Of a stretch of 45,892 nucleotides of DNA, positions 11,272 through 21,994 are shown piece after piece (within the stretch, counting starts at the first letter, position 1; every line of letters begins with the position of its first letter). The notes beneath the pieces were generated by a model, which was not told the origin of the DNA, made no database searches, and worked only from the letters and a program-made list of their open reading frames with translations. Location: positions 1-45,892 of the forward strand of contig JAGRHA010000150.1 in assembly GCA_020445205.1 (NCBI GenBank), written 5' to 3'. The position numbers and the translations under genes are program-made. The stretch is from Gammaproteobacteria bacterium (GTDB lineage Bacteria; Pseudomonadota; Gammaproteobacteria; Chromatiales; Chromatiaceae).

Positions 11272-11825
11272 TGTCGGCCGAAAGTGAGACGCTGACGCCC
11301 GAGGATCTCGATCTGCTGCAGCAACGGCTGGTCGACAGCATGGACGATACGGGCTGCATGCCGCTGGATGTCGCGCATGGTTTCTTCACGGCCACTGCGA
11401 CGAGTGCCGACGGCGTCGTGCCGACATTGGTGGAACATGTCCTCGGTGGGCTCGCCGGTGATGCGACATTGCGGCTGCTGGTCGGTCGCTTTCGTGCGCA
11501 ACTGCTCAGCGATCTCGCGGCGGGCGAGTACGGTCCGCTGATCCTGCAGCTGCCACGTGACGATGGTAGCGTGTTGCCACTGCCCTACGGCTGGTGTCAG
11601 GGTTACATGGCGGGCGTCGAATTCATGGGTGAGGCCTCCCGCGATGCGCTGCTCGCGGACGAAGAGGCAGCGGCGCACCTGGCGCCACTGCTCTCGTTCC
11701 TCATGTACGAGGAATCACAGTGGTTCGATCCACCCAACGAGACGGCACACCGCGAGACCGTCGGTGAAATCGGCGATCACGTGCTGGCGCTGCACCGATG
11801 GCGGCGGCAGCGGGCGGGAAAGTGA
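11271..11825 (+). CDS. YecA/UPF0149 family protein (no SEC-C motif)
   Basis: LTPEDLDLL..MPLDVAHGFFTA and WCQGYMAG pattern; start overlaps the prlC stop (TGATG). Confidence 0.75.
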   Translation: MSAESETLTPEDLDLLQQRLVDSMDDTGCMPLDVAHGFFTATATSADGVVPTLVEHVLGGLAGDATLRLLVGRFRAQLLSDLAAGEYGPLILQLPRDDGSVLPLPYGWCQGYMAGVEFMGEASRDALLADEEAAAHLAPLLSFLMYEESQWFDPPNETAHRETVGEIGDHVLALHRWRRQRAGK

Positions 11826-11888
11826 GCAAAGGCATCGGTGCTGCGTAATCGCGTTACACTTCGCCTAGTTGCCGTCACCGAATTCAGC

Positions 11889-12593
11889 ATGCCGTCGTAC
11901 GTATTCCGACTCGTCATGATCGTCCTTCTCGCCGTCACCGGCAGCGCCGGTGCGGCACACATTACGGACAAATTGGTCGTCGGCGTTTATGCCGAGCCGA
12001 ACAGCGACGGCGAGCCGCTGCGCCTGATCTCCAGCGGTACCCCGCTCGAGGTCCTCGGCCAGAAAGCCGCGTTCTCGGAAGTGCGTCTGGCCGACGAAAC
12101 ACGCGGCTGGGTCGAGAAGCAGTACATCACCGAAGAGAAGCCGGCCAACGCGATGTTGCTCGAGACGCAGGCAAAACTGCGCCAAATGGGGTTGGAACTC
12201 GCCGCGTTGCGCGCCAAGTCGGGTACGGGCGACGATGCGCCTGCCGTGCCCAGCTTGCCGCCCAGTGCGCGCGAGGCACAGCTGCAGCAGGCGCTCGACG
12301 AGGCCGAGCAATATGTTGCCGAGCTGCAGGGCCGGGTACAGCAGCTGCAGGTCGATGCGGATTCGCAACAACGGCTCGCGAGCCTGCAATCGACGGTGCG
12401 CGATGCCGTGGAAGAGCTGGCGGCCACCCAAGGGCTGACGGTGCACGATGCCGGTGACGCCGTCGCCGAAGGTGGTTTCGAGCGCTATGGTCCGTGGCTC
12501 GTTGGTGGGTTCGCGCTGCTGCTGGGTTTTGCCGCCGGTGTGGCGTTCATCGACTACCGCATCCGCAAGCGTTACGGCGGCTTCAGAATCTGA
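11889..12593 (+). CDS. TIGR04211/YgiM-like SH3-domain membrane protein
   Basis: Signal peptide, ITDKL..SGTPLEVL..GWV...YI SH3b domain, coiled coil, C-terminal TM followed by RIRKRYGG. Confidence 0.8.
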   Translation: MPSYVFRLVMIVLLAVTGSAGAAHITDKLVVGVYAEPNSDGEPLRLISSGTPLEVLGQKAAFSEVRLADETRGWVEKQYITEEKPANAMLLETQAKLRQMGLELAALRAKSGTGDDAPAVPSLPPSAREAQLQQALDEAEQYVAELQGRVQQLQVDADSQQRLASLQSTVRDAVEELAATQGLTVHDAGDAVAEGGFERYGPWLVGGFALLLGFAAGVAFIDYRIRKRYGGFRI

Positions 12594-12603
12594 GTGTCGG
12601 CAC

Positions 12604-13809
12604 TCAGGCCGCGCTTGCCGCCGCGAGTCCGAGCCACACCGGCACACCGATGACGCCGGCCATGAGCGCGACGAACAACAACAACGCGATGCCGGATTGT
12701 GCGCGCCGCCGGTCGAGCACGGCGCGGTGGCCGCGCCACGCACGCAGCGACCAGATCGCCACGTCGAGCAGGATCAGCGCCGCCAGGATCAGCGCGACGA
12801 ACGCCACCGGGCCGGTCACCGCGTCGCCGTAGCTCGCCATCAGCCGCTCGCTGCGCTCGGCGGGGGGTGTCTCGAGCATCAGTGTCAGTCCGCCTTCGAG
12901 GAAATCCGGCCGTGAATAACCGACACCGGTGGCAAATATCGCCAGCGCCGCGAGTGTCAACGCGGTGACGAAGCCGCTCTGGTAGAACGCGTTCGTCAGC
13001 ATGCGGCGGAAATGTCCGCGTGTACCCGTGAGCCACCAGGCCGCCCACAACAGCACGGCGTAGAGCATGCCGCCGCTGAACCAGACCGGCACACCGCTGG
13101 CGATCGATACCAGCACGTCGAGACCGCTGCGGTCGTTCCATCTGCCGCTGCCCCAGAGCAGGGCATCACCGAGAAGCACGGCGGCGACGAAGAAGGTCGC
13201 GGCGCGTTGCACATCCTGTTTGCGGCCGATGTTGTACCGGACCTGGAACCGCACCGGGTCGCCGTGCAGTTCCAGCAGGTCGTGGAAGAAGTTGCGCAGT
13301 GCATCGCGCCACGGGGCCGGTGCGCGCAGCTCGGGACAGGCGGGTACCAGCTCGGTATGTGATTGAACGCGGCGCATCAACGCCGTGACATCATCGTCCC
13401 AGCGCGCTTCGCGCAACTCGTGCATCTGTCGCGTGGGCAGCTCGGCGAGCTGATCGGGCAGCTGCGTTGCCTGCGGGATCGCGGCACCGTCGACGAGCAC
13501 GGGCAGTAGCGGGACGCCCTGTGCGAGGGCGTAGGCGATCTCGCGCCGCACATAGTCGCCTTCGTCGTCGAGTCGCCGCTGGCCAGAATTGTCGGTGAGG
13601 GTCGTCCAGTTTGGGCCGATGACCGGGATCAGGACCGCACAGCTGCGTAGGGCGTCGTCGATAGCCTGCTCGAAATCGTCACCGCAGGCGATCGCTTCGT
13701 AATCGCGGAACACCGCGTCGTGGCCGAAACAGGCGCGCAAGCGGTCGGCGAGCCGGCCGGCGTGACCGGCTGCGTCGGCGCGACGGTAGCTGATGAAGAT
13801 CGCCGCCAT
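12604..13809 (-). CDS. TIR-domain protein fused to a C-terminal multi-pass membrane domain
   Basis: IFISYRRAD..AGRLADRL..VFRD..I..GDDF..VIGPNW..DYVRREIAYAL..LLPVLVDGA (TIR_2 type), followed by about 5 hydrophobic helices. Start at the ATG 13809. Confidence 0.9.
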   Translation of the reverse strand: MAAIFISYRRADAAGHAGRLADRLRACFGHDAVFRDYEAIACGDDFEQAIDDALRSCAVLIPVIGPNWTTLTDNSGQRRLDDEGDYVRREIAYALAQGVPLLPVLVDGAAIPQATQLPDQLAELPTRQMHELREARWDDDVTALMRRVQSHTELVPACPELRAPAPWRDALRNFFHDLLELHGDPVRFQVRYNIGRKQDVQRAATFFVAAVLLGDALLWGSGRWNDRSGLDVLVSIASGVPVWFSGGMLYAVLLWAAWWLTGTRGHFRRMLTNAFYQSGFVTALTLAALAIFATGVGYSRPDFLEGGLTLMLETPPAERSERLMASYGDAVTGPVAFVALILAALILLDVAIWSLRAWRGHRAVLDRRRAQSGIALLLFVALMAGVIGVPVWLGLAAASAA

Positions 13810-13864
13810 GCTGCATTCCTGTTGCCTGCAACAGGCGCAAGCATAGCGGCTGACCTGCTTGCGT

Positions 13865-15331
<1,467 letters not shown>

Positions 15332-15454
15332 TGAAAAGTACTTCCTTGGAACACCCACACAGGCATCAGCCTGACGCGGTCGAGGGGGTGTGTGTGAGGT
15401 CACGCCGGGGATGGCGGTTGACGGGGCGCAGACCGATGTGCGCCGGATCAGCGG

Positions 15455-15483
15455 ATTGTAGCAGGGTAGAGCCCCGTTGTAAG
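15455..15483 (-). promoter_or_regulatory. Sigma70-type promoter for rhlE giving a leader of about 115 nt
   Basis: Minus strand CTTACA-N17-TACAAT with an extended TG (TGcTACAAT). Confidence 0.5.
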
Positions 15484-15509
15484 CCCGCGGGGACCCTTGC
15501 CGACGTTAA

Positions 15510-17474
15510 TCAGCCCGCCGCAAGTCGGCGTTGGGCGGCGTCGAGCTGTTGCGTGGTGCCTTCGAGCACCAGGGCGTCGCCGGGCAGGAGCCGGGTCGCG
15601 TGCAAGGGCTGATCGCCACGGATGCCGCGTCGGCGAATGGCGACCACGCGTACACCGAGCGCATCGAGGCCGAGTTCATCCAGGCGATGGCCCGCGGCAT
15701 GCGCGCGATCCGCGATGACGAAGGTTTCGAGGCGCAGGGTGCCGGTGCGCCGCGTCTCGTCGCCGCTGGCGAAGGTGGAACGTAATGCGTGGTAGCGGTC
15801 GCGGCGGATGCTGTCGAGCAGCGGCTGAATGTCGGCCTCGGCGTAGTCGAGATGACGCAGCAGGTGGCGGGCGAGGGCGATCGCCGCCTCCAGACTTTCC
15901 GGGATAACCGCGCTGGCGCCCTGTGCGATCAGGGATTCCAGATGGCGGTCGTTGCGCGTGCGCACGAGGACTTCGCAGCCGGTATCCAGCGAACGACATG
16001 CAGCAAGCGTATGCGTCGCGCTGTCTTGATCGTCGAACGTGATCACCAACACGCGTGCCCGTGTCAGACCCGCGCCGGCCAGCACTTCGGCGTGGCCGCT
16101 ATCCCCGTACATGACGGGTTCGCCTGCCAGTACCGCACGACGAATCACGTCGGCGTCGAGGTCGAGCGCGACGTACGGCACACCCAGCTTGCGGAGGAAC
16201 GTCGCGAGGTTCTGACCGATGCGTCCAAAGCCGGCGATCACCACGTGGTCCTCGCTGTGGCTCGCCTGTTGCGCCACATCTTCGGTGATGGCCGGTGACG
16301 GTACATCGGTGGCGACCGGAGCCAGGCGATCGGCGAGCCAACGGTTGTGGCGCACCAGCAGTGGTGCGATGAGCATACTGACGATCATCGCCGCGAGTAC
16401 CGGCTGCGCGGCCGCATGACTCAGTACGCCCTGGGCAAGTGCCAGTGCGAGCAGCGCAATGCCGAACTCACCACCGTGACCCAGCAGCAGCGCCGTGCGC
16501 GTCGCCGCACGGTGCCCGAGTTCGGCCGCCCGCACCAGCAAATAGATCAACGCGCCCTTACCGAACGTGATCCCGAGCAGCAGGATCACCGTTTCCAGCC
16601 ACATGTCGGGTAGCAGGCGGTAGTCGAGCTCCATGCCGACGGTGACGAAGAACAGGCCCATGAGGAGATCCTTGAACGGACGGGCATCGGCTACGATCTG
16701 GTGACGGTAGACCGTCTCGCCAAGCAGCATGCCGGCGAGGAAGGCACCCATCGCCAGCGACAGCCCGGACACCGCGGTCAGCCAGGCGGTCATGAGGGCG
16801 ATGAACAGCACGGTCAGGGTAAACAGCTCGCGTGAAGCGGCGCGTGTGACGCCATGCAGTAGGCGCGGCAGCAGACGGCGGCCGACGAACCAGATGACGA
16901 CGAAGGCGATGCCGCCCTTGAGCAATGCCAGCGCGAGCGGCATCGCGAGACGCTCGGCATCGCCGGCCAACAGCGGGATGATGACCAGGAACGGTACCGC
17001 GGCGAGGTCCTGGAACAGCAGGATGCCGAGCGCCAAGCGACCGTGGCGTTCCTGCAGTTCATGCTGCTCGCCGAGCTGCGACAGTACGATCGCCGTCGAT
17101 GACAGTGCCGTGGCGGCGCCAAGTACGAGGGCACCAGGCCATTCGACGCCGAATGCGCGTGCGATGATGAAGCCCGCCAGGGTGCCGCCAGCGACCTGGA
17201 TGCTGCCGGTGCCGAGCAGGTAGCGACGCAGGCTCAGCAGCAACGGGAGTGAGAACTCCAGACCGATGCTGAACAGCAGGAACACGATGCCGAGTTCGCC
17301 GAAGAAGCGGATGACATCATCGAACGCCAGCCAGCCGAAGCCATGCGGCCCGGCGATCAGTCCAACACACAGATAGCCGAGGATTGCCGGTAGCCCGAGA
17401 CGACGCACGATGGTCACGGTGACGATCGCCACCGCGAGCAGGATCAGGACATCGCTCAGTATGGTGTGTGCCAT
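15510..17474 (-). CDS. CPA2-family cation:proton antiporter (KefB/KefC/YbaL-like) with TrkA-N and TrkA-C domains
   Basis: GLPAILGYL, FSIGLEFS, ALSSTAIV, ILLFQD, GAFLAG, GEFG; IAGFGRIG and YGD of the RCK-N domain; C-terminal L.PGD.LVL.G of RCK-C. Confidence 0.92.
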   Translation of the reverse strand: MAHTILSDVLILLAVAIVTVTIVRRLGLPAILGYLCVGLIAGPHGFGWLAFDDVIRFFGELGIVFLLFSIGLEFSLPLLLSLRRYLLGTGSIQVAGGTLAGFIIARAFGVEWPGALVLGAATALSSTAIVLSQLGEQHELQERHGRLALGILLFQDLAAVPFLVIIPLLAGDAERLAMPLALALLKGGIAFVVIWFVGRRLLPRLLHGVTRAASRELFTLTVLFIALMTAWLTAVSGLSLAMGAFLAGMLLGETVYRHQIVADARPFKDLLMGLFFVTVGMELDYRLLPDMWLETVILLLGITFGKGALIYLLVRAAELGHRAATRTALLLGHGGEFGIALLALALAQGVLSHAAAQPVLAAMIVSMLIAPLLVRHNRWLADRLAPVATDVPSPAITEDVAQQASHSEDHVVIAGFGRIGQNLATFLRKLGVPYVALDLDADVIRRAVLAGEPVMYGDSGHAEVLAGAGLTRARVLVITFDDQDSATHTLAACRSLDTGCEVLVRTRNDRHLESLIAQGASAVIPESLEAAIALARHLLRHLDYAEADIQPLLDSIRRDRYHALRSTFASGDETRRTGTLRLETFVIADRAHAAGHRLDELGLDALGVRVVAIRRRGIRGDQPLHATRLLPGDALVLEGTTQQLDAAQRRLAAG

Positions 17475-17562
17475 GGGCAGGCCGGCAGGGCGCAGGCGTA
17501 TGGCGTTGACGGCGCGATCGGCAATCGCATGTGGCGGGGATTATGCGCTGAGCGCATGGCGG

Positions 17563-18153
17563 TCAGCGTGAAAACAACTGGATCTCGGTGTGGGCACACA
17601 GTATGTGGCCGACGGTGATATGGCATTCCTGGATACGCGGCGTATCGCCGGACGGCATCTTCAGGCAGTGGTCGCACAGATCGTTCATGCGCCCGCCGCT
17701 GGCGCCCGTGAGTCCGACGGTCACGAGCCCGTTCGTGCGTGCCGTCGACAGGGCCTTGAGGATGTTCGGCGAGTTGCCCGACGTCGAGATGCCGATGAAC
17801 ACGTCACCGGGACGGCCGCTGGCTTCGACCTGGCGGCTGAACAGGCTTTCGTAGCCATAGTCGTTGCCGATGCCGGTCAGGATCGAGGAGTCGGTGGTCA
17901 GGGCCATTGCCGGCAATGCCGGACGGTCGAAGGTAAAGCGGCTGACCAGTTCGGCGGCGATGTGCTGCGCATCCGCCGCGCTGCCGCCGTTGCCGGCGAT
18001 CAGCACCTTGTTGCCGTTGCGGTAGGTGTCGACGATCAGGTCGGCTACGCCCGCGATCTGCGCGACCAGCGCCTGGTCGTCGAGCAGTGCCTGCTTGACC
18101 GCGATCGAGGCGGCGACGTGTTGGTGGACGAAGTCCGTTGTCGGATGGGGCAT
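17563..18153 (-). CDS. gmhA: Phosphoheptose (D-sedoheptulose-7-phosphate) isomerase
   Basis: GNGGSAADAQHIAAE, TTDSSILT..GNDYGY, ISTSGNS, RIQECHI. Confidence 0.9.
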   Translation of the reverse strand: MPHPTTDFVHQHVAASIAVKQALLDDQALVAQIAGVADLIVDTYRNGNKVLIAGNGGSAADAQHIAAELVSRFTFDRPALPAMALTTDSSILTGIGNDYGYESLFSRQVEASGRPGDVFIGISTSGNSPNILKALSTARTNGLVTVGLTGASGGRMNDLCDHCLKMPSGDTPRIQECHITVGHILCAHTEIQLFSR

Positions 18154-18258
18154 GCTGGGAAATCCGGGTGCCGTGTCGATGAACAGAGTGTAACGTCCCG
18201 CGCTGTCGGGCTGCAGCGCCCTCAGCGCGCGGGGCGTCAGGTACGTCGTGCCGTCTGC

Positions 18259-19476
18259 TTATAGATCGGGTTCGACCTGCCCGGTTTCAAGCAGGCGACC
18301 GATACGCTGCAGGTTGGCATTCCAATCGTAGCGTTCGAGCACGCAGGCGCGGGCCGCGGGACTGGCCTCACGTGGCTCGCGCAGTCGCGCGATCGCCGCT
18401 TCGACGAGTACTCCCATGTCTTCACTGATCGTCGGCTCGAACCCGGGGTAGGGTTGGATTCCCGTCATCGCGCCCGGCGTCGCGATCACGGCCAGCTGCA
18501 TGGCCATGGCCTCGAGGACCTTGTTCTGGATGCCACGTGCGATGCGCAGCGGCAGCACTGCCGCACGCGCGTGGGCGAGATAGGGACGCACATCCGGCAC
18601 CCCGCCGGTTACGTGCACGCCCGCCTGCTCGGCGAGTTTCTGTACCTCGGGGGCCGGGTGGCGGCCGACGATGTAGAACTGCGCTGCGGGTACCGCGGCA
18701 CGGATCGCGGGCATCGCGTCGGCGACGAACCAACGCACGGCGTCGACGTTCGGCCAGTAGTCCATGGCGCCTGTAAACACCAGCGTGGGGACGCCGTCCG
18801 GGTAGGGGTCGTCGAAGGCCTGGGCCGGATCGAAGAACGCGCTGTCCACACCCTGGATGCGATACGTGGTCTTCGCCGCCGATTCCGGCGCAAGGCCGCG
18901 GAACAACTCCGCCTCTTCCTTCGATACGAACACCGTGGCATCGAACTCGCGCGCCATGCGGCGTTCGAAGTCGAGCAGGCGGTCGGCCTCGCGACGATAC
19001 AGCCAACTCATGGGCCAGGCCTTGCGTTCGCCGTAGCTGCGCCATTTCTCCGAGTCGACGTCGACCATGTCAAACACCGTGGCTGCACCGCTGGGCACAC
19101 GTCCCGTGACGTATTGCGCCATCGGTCCGCTGAAGATGACGATGCGCTCGGGACGCTGATCCTCGAGCACGCGTGTCACCCAGTCGAACAGTGCGCGGCT
19201 GCGCAGATAGGGCAGCGACAGCGCTTCGCCGGTGACCAGGCCGCGCAGACTGGCGACACGCGCGATGCGCGGATCGATTTCGGGCGCGCACAGATCAACA
19301 CAGAAGGCGCGCACCTTGTCCATGTATTGACGGTCTTCGGGATCGTCGATGAAGGTGCCGAGATACACGTCGTAGCGTTCCGCGAGGAAGCGCAACAGAT
19401 TGAACGAAGCGATCTTGTCGCCCTTGTTCGGTGGATACGGCAGGCGGTGGACGAGGAACAGCAGTTTGTTTTTCAT
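18259..19476 (-). CDS. GT4 glycosyltransferase, TIGR03087 (PEP-CTERM/exosortase A-associated) type
   Basis: LLFLVHRLPYPPNKGDKI, D.VDVDSEKW..Y, FTGAMDYWPNVDAV.WF, PLRIARGIQNKVLEAMAM. Confidence 0.9.
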   Translation of the reverse strand: MKNKLLFLVHRLPYPPNKGDKIASFNLLRFLAERYDVYLGTFIDDPEDRQYMDKVRAFCVDLCAPEIDPRIARVASLRGLVTGEALSLPYLRSRALFDWVTRVLEDQRPERIVIFSGPMAQYVTGRVPSGAATVFDMVDVDSEKWRSYGERKAWPMSWLYRREADRLLDFERRMAREFDATVFVSKEEAELFRGLAPESAAKTTYRIQGVDSAFFDPAQAFDDPYPDGVPTLVFTGAMDYWPNVDAVRWFVADAMPAIRAAVPAAQFYIVGRHPAPEVQKLAEQAGVHVTGGVPDVRPYLAHARAAVLPLRIARGIQNKVLEAMAMQLAVIATPGAMTGIQPYPGFEPTISEDMGVLVEAAIARLREPREASPAARACVLERYDWNANLQRIGRLLETGQVEPDL

Positions 19477-19501
19477 TCGCTGAGGTGCGGCTGCAACAGG
19501 T

Positions 19502-19744
19502 TTATTTCTTTTCGAACAATCCGGCCACCCAGAGCAGGATGAGCGCGCCCAATGCCGCGGTCAAGAATTGGCCGAGCGGGCCAACCATGCGTACGCCGAC
19601 GTGGCCGAGCAGGGTGCCACCGAGCAACGCGCCGACAATGCCAACACCGATGTTGCCCCAGAGGCCGAGGCCGTGGCCCTTGACCAACCGCGCAGCGAGC
19701 CAGCCGGCAAGCGCGCCGAGTATCAACAGCAAGACGATGTACAT
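19502..19744 (-). CDS. GlsB/YeaQ/YmgE family (transglycosylase-associated) membrane protein
   Basis: LILGALAGWLA..KGHGLGLWGNI.VGIVGALLGG..A.LGALILLW; 80 aa. Confidence 0.9.
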   Translation of the reverse strand: MYIVLLLILGALAGWLAARLVKGHGLGLWGNIGVGIVGALLGGTLLGHVGVRMVGPLGQFLTAALGALILLWVAGLFEKK

Positions 19745-19795
19745 GTTTGTCCGACGGGCCGGTAAAGTAGGGTGGAGTAACGGCAGGATAACACC

Positions 19796-21262
19796 ATGAA
19801 ATACCGCGATCTGCGTGATTTTCTCGCTCAGCTCGAGACGCGCGGTCTGTTGAAACGCGTACGTACCGAAGTCGACCCGCACCTCGAGATCACCGAGATC
19901 TGCGACCGCACGTTGCGCGCGGGCGGTCCGGCCCTGTTGTTCGAGAACCCCAAGGGTCATACGGTGCCCGTGCTCGGCAACCTGTTTGGCACGCCCGAGC
20001 GCGTAGCCCTCGGCATGGGTGAAGAATCGGTGTCGGCACTACGCGAAGTCGGTGAGTTGCTGTCACAGCTCAAGGAACCCGAACCACCCAAGGGCATGAA
20101 GGAGGCCTGGGAGAAGCTGCCGGTGTTCCGCAAGGTGCTCGACATGGCACCCAAGGTGATCAAGGGTGCAGCGTGTCACAAGCATGTGCACGACGGTGAG
20201 GCCGTCAATCTTGCGACACTACCCGTGCAGACCTGCTGGCCGGGTGATGCGGGGCCGCTGATCACGTGGGGGCTCGTGGTCACACGTGGGCCGGACAAGC
20301 CACGACAGAACCTCGGCATCTATCGCATGCAGGTGATCGGTCGCAACCGCGTCATCATGCGCTGGCTGGCCCACCGCGGTGGTGCACTGGATTTCCGCGA
20401 CTGGCAGCGTGCGCACCCGGGCGAGCCATTCCCGGTTGCCGTGGCGTTGGGTGCTGATCCGGCAACCATCCTCGGTGCCGTCACGCCGGTGCCGGACACC
20501 CTGTCGGAATACGCCTTTGCCGGCCTGCTGCGCGGTGCACGCACCGAAGTCACGCAGTGCATCGGTTCGGACCTGCAGGTACCGGCCAGTGCCGAGTTCG
20601 TGCTCGAAGGGCATATCCATGCCGACGACACGGCGGCTGAGGGTCCGTTCGGCGATCACACGGGTTACTACAACGAGGTCGATACCTTCCCCGTGTTCAG
20701 CATCGATCGCATCACGCATCGCGACAACCCGATCTACCACAGCACCTATACCGGGCGACCGCCCGACGAGCCAGCGATCCTGGGTGTCGCACTCAACGAG
20801 GTGTTCGTGCCGATCCTGCGCAAGCAGTTCCCCGAGATCGTCGATTTCTACCTGCCGCCCGAGGGCTGCTCCTATCGCATGGCCATCGTCAGCATGAAGA
20901 AGCAGTATGCGGGGCACGCCTAACGCGTGATGTTCGGCGTGTGGTCGTTCCTGCGTCAGTTCATGTACACCAAGTTCGTCATCGTCACCGATGACGACGT
21001 GAACGTACGCGACTGGAACGACGTGATCTGGGCCATGACCACACGCATGGATCCCGTACGCGACACCACGCTGGTCGAGAACACGCCGATCGATTACCTC
21101 GACTTCGCCTCGCCGGTTTCGGGGCTTGGCGGCAAGGTGGGATTCGACGCCACCAACAAATGGCCGGGCGAGACGACGCGCGAGTGGGGTCGGCCGATCG
21201 CGATGGATGCCGCGGTCAAGGCCCGTATCGATATGATCTGGGACGAACTCGGGATCGAGTGA
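19796..21262 (+). pseudogene. ubiD: 4-hydroxy-3-polyprenylbenzoate decarboxylase interrupted by one in-frame TAA (20921-20923); a nonsense allele or a sequence error
   Basis: [63 protein letters not shown]. The frame is continuous across the stop, which replaces the Lys of the conserved GHAKRVM. Confidence 0.9.
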
Positions 21263-21440
21263 CGATGCGGGCGGGAATCGGCTGCGCGGCACTCACAGGG
21301 CGACGAGGTCATCGATACCCAATGCCGGCGTGGGGTGTTGTGCCGCCGGGCGCCGACCTATGCGTGGAACGGTAACGCCGTGCGCGGGGCGGCGCCGCAA
21401 GGCGCACTGGCCGGGCAGCGACACGCGTGGCGCATTTGCA

Positions 21441-21770
21441 TCAGCAACGGCCCTTTTTGGCCTGACCCGGTGGACAGAAGCCATCCGAGCGGTACGCGGG
21501 GGCACTCGCCGGATAATGCGTGTGGCTCGGCTGCGGTGCATGGCCGCCCGAGCCGCTGTCGGGCCGGGTCGTGACGGCTGCACCGGCCGCACCACCGATC
21601 GCACCGCCAATGATCGCGCCGTCGCGACCGCCGACTTCGTTGCCGATCGCCGCGCCTGCGGCACCGCCCAGCCCACCGCCGATCGCGGCATCGAGCGTGG
21701 AATCGCCGGCAGACGCGTGTGCGGCGGCCAGCATCAGACTGCATAGGAACAAGGATCTGTACATCGTCAT
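21441..21770 (-). CDS. Secreted glycine-zipper small protein with a C-terminal CPPGQAKKGRC motif
   Basis: Signal peptide, AIGGGLGGAAGAAIG..GGRDGAIIGGAIGGAAGAA, FCPPGQAKKGRC; RBS AAAGGA upstream. Confidence 0.85.
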   Translation of the reverse strand: MTMYRSLFLCSLMLAAAHASAGDSTLDAAIGGGLGGAAGAAIGNEVGGRDGAIIGGAIGGAAGAAVTTRPDSGSGGHAPQPSHTHYPASAPAYRSDGFCPPGQAKKGRC

Positions 21771-21833
21771 AGGTCCTTTCGATTAGCGTTTGAAAACGTT
21801 ATCACCGACAGCGGCACGGCCGCGGCGAGCTTG

Positions 21834-21849
21834 TGTGCGATCGGTCACA
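21834..21849. promoter_or_regulatory. CRP/Vfr-like binding site upstream of the glycine-zipper gene
   Basis: TGTGC-GATCGG-TCACA (one mismatch to TGTGA-N6-TCACA); extended -10 TGaTAACGT on the minus strand at 21796-21804. Confidence 0.5.
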
Positions 21850-21994
21850 TTCCTGCGCCGCGCTCGCGATCATGGGAACGGAGTGCCCGGCGCGTCGTCG
21901 CACACGCCATAGGCTGCTGCAGGAGGTGTGCCAGAGGCATGCTGTCGACCTGGCGCCGCGGTGCTACGGGGATTGCCGCCGCCGCGCGGCCAAT

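Noticed and set aside
18192-18236. GC-rich intergenic hairpins (also 26479-26499 and 32405-32439) as a REP family
   Set aside because: They share no sequence with each other; most likely individual terminators or stability hairpins.
21575-21690. Repeated GCACCG/CCGCC units resembling a tandem repeat or array
   Set aside because: Explained by the Gly-zipper coding sequence; no repeat-spacer structure.
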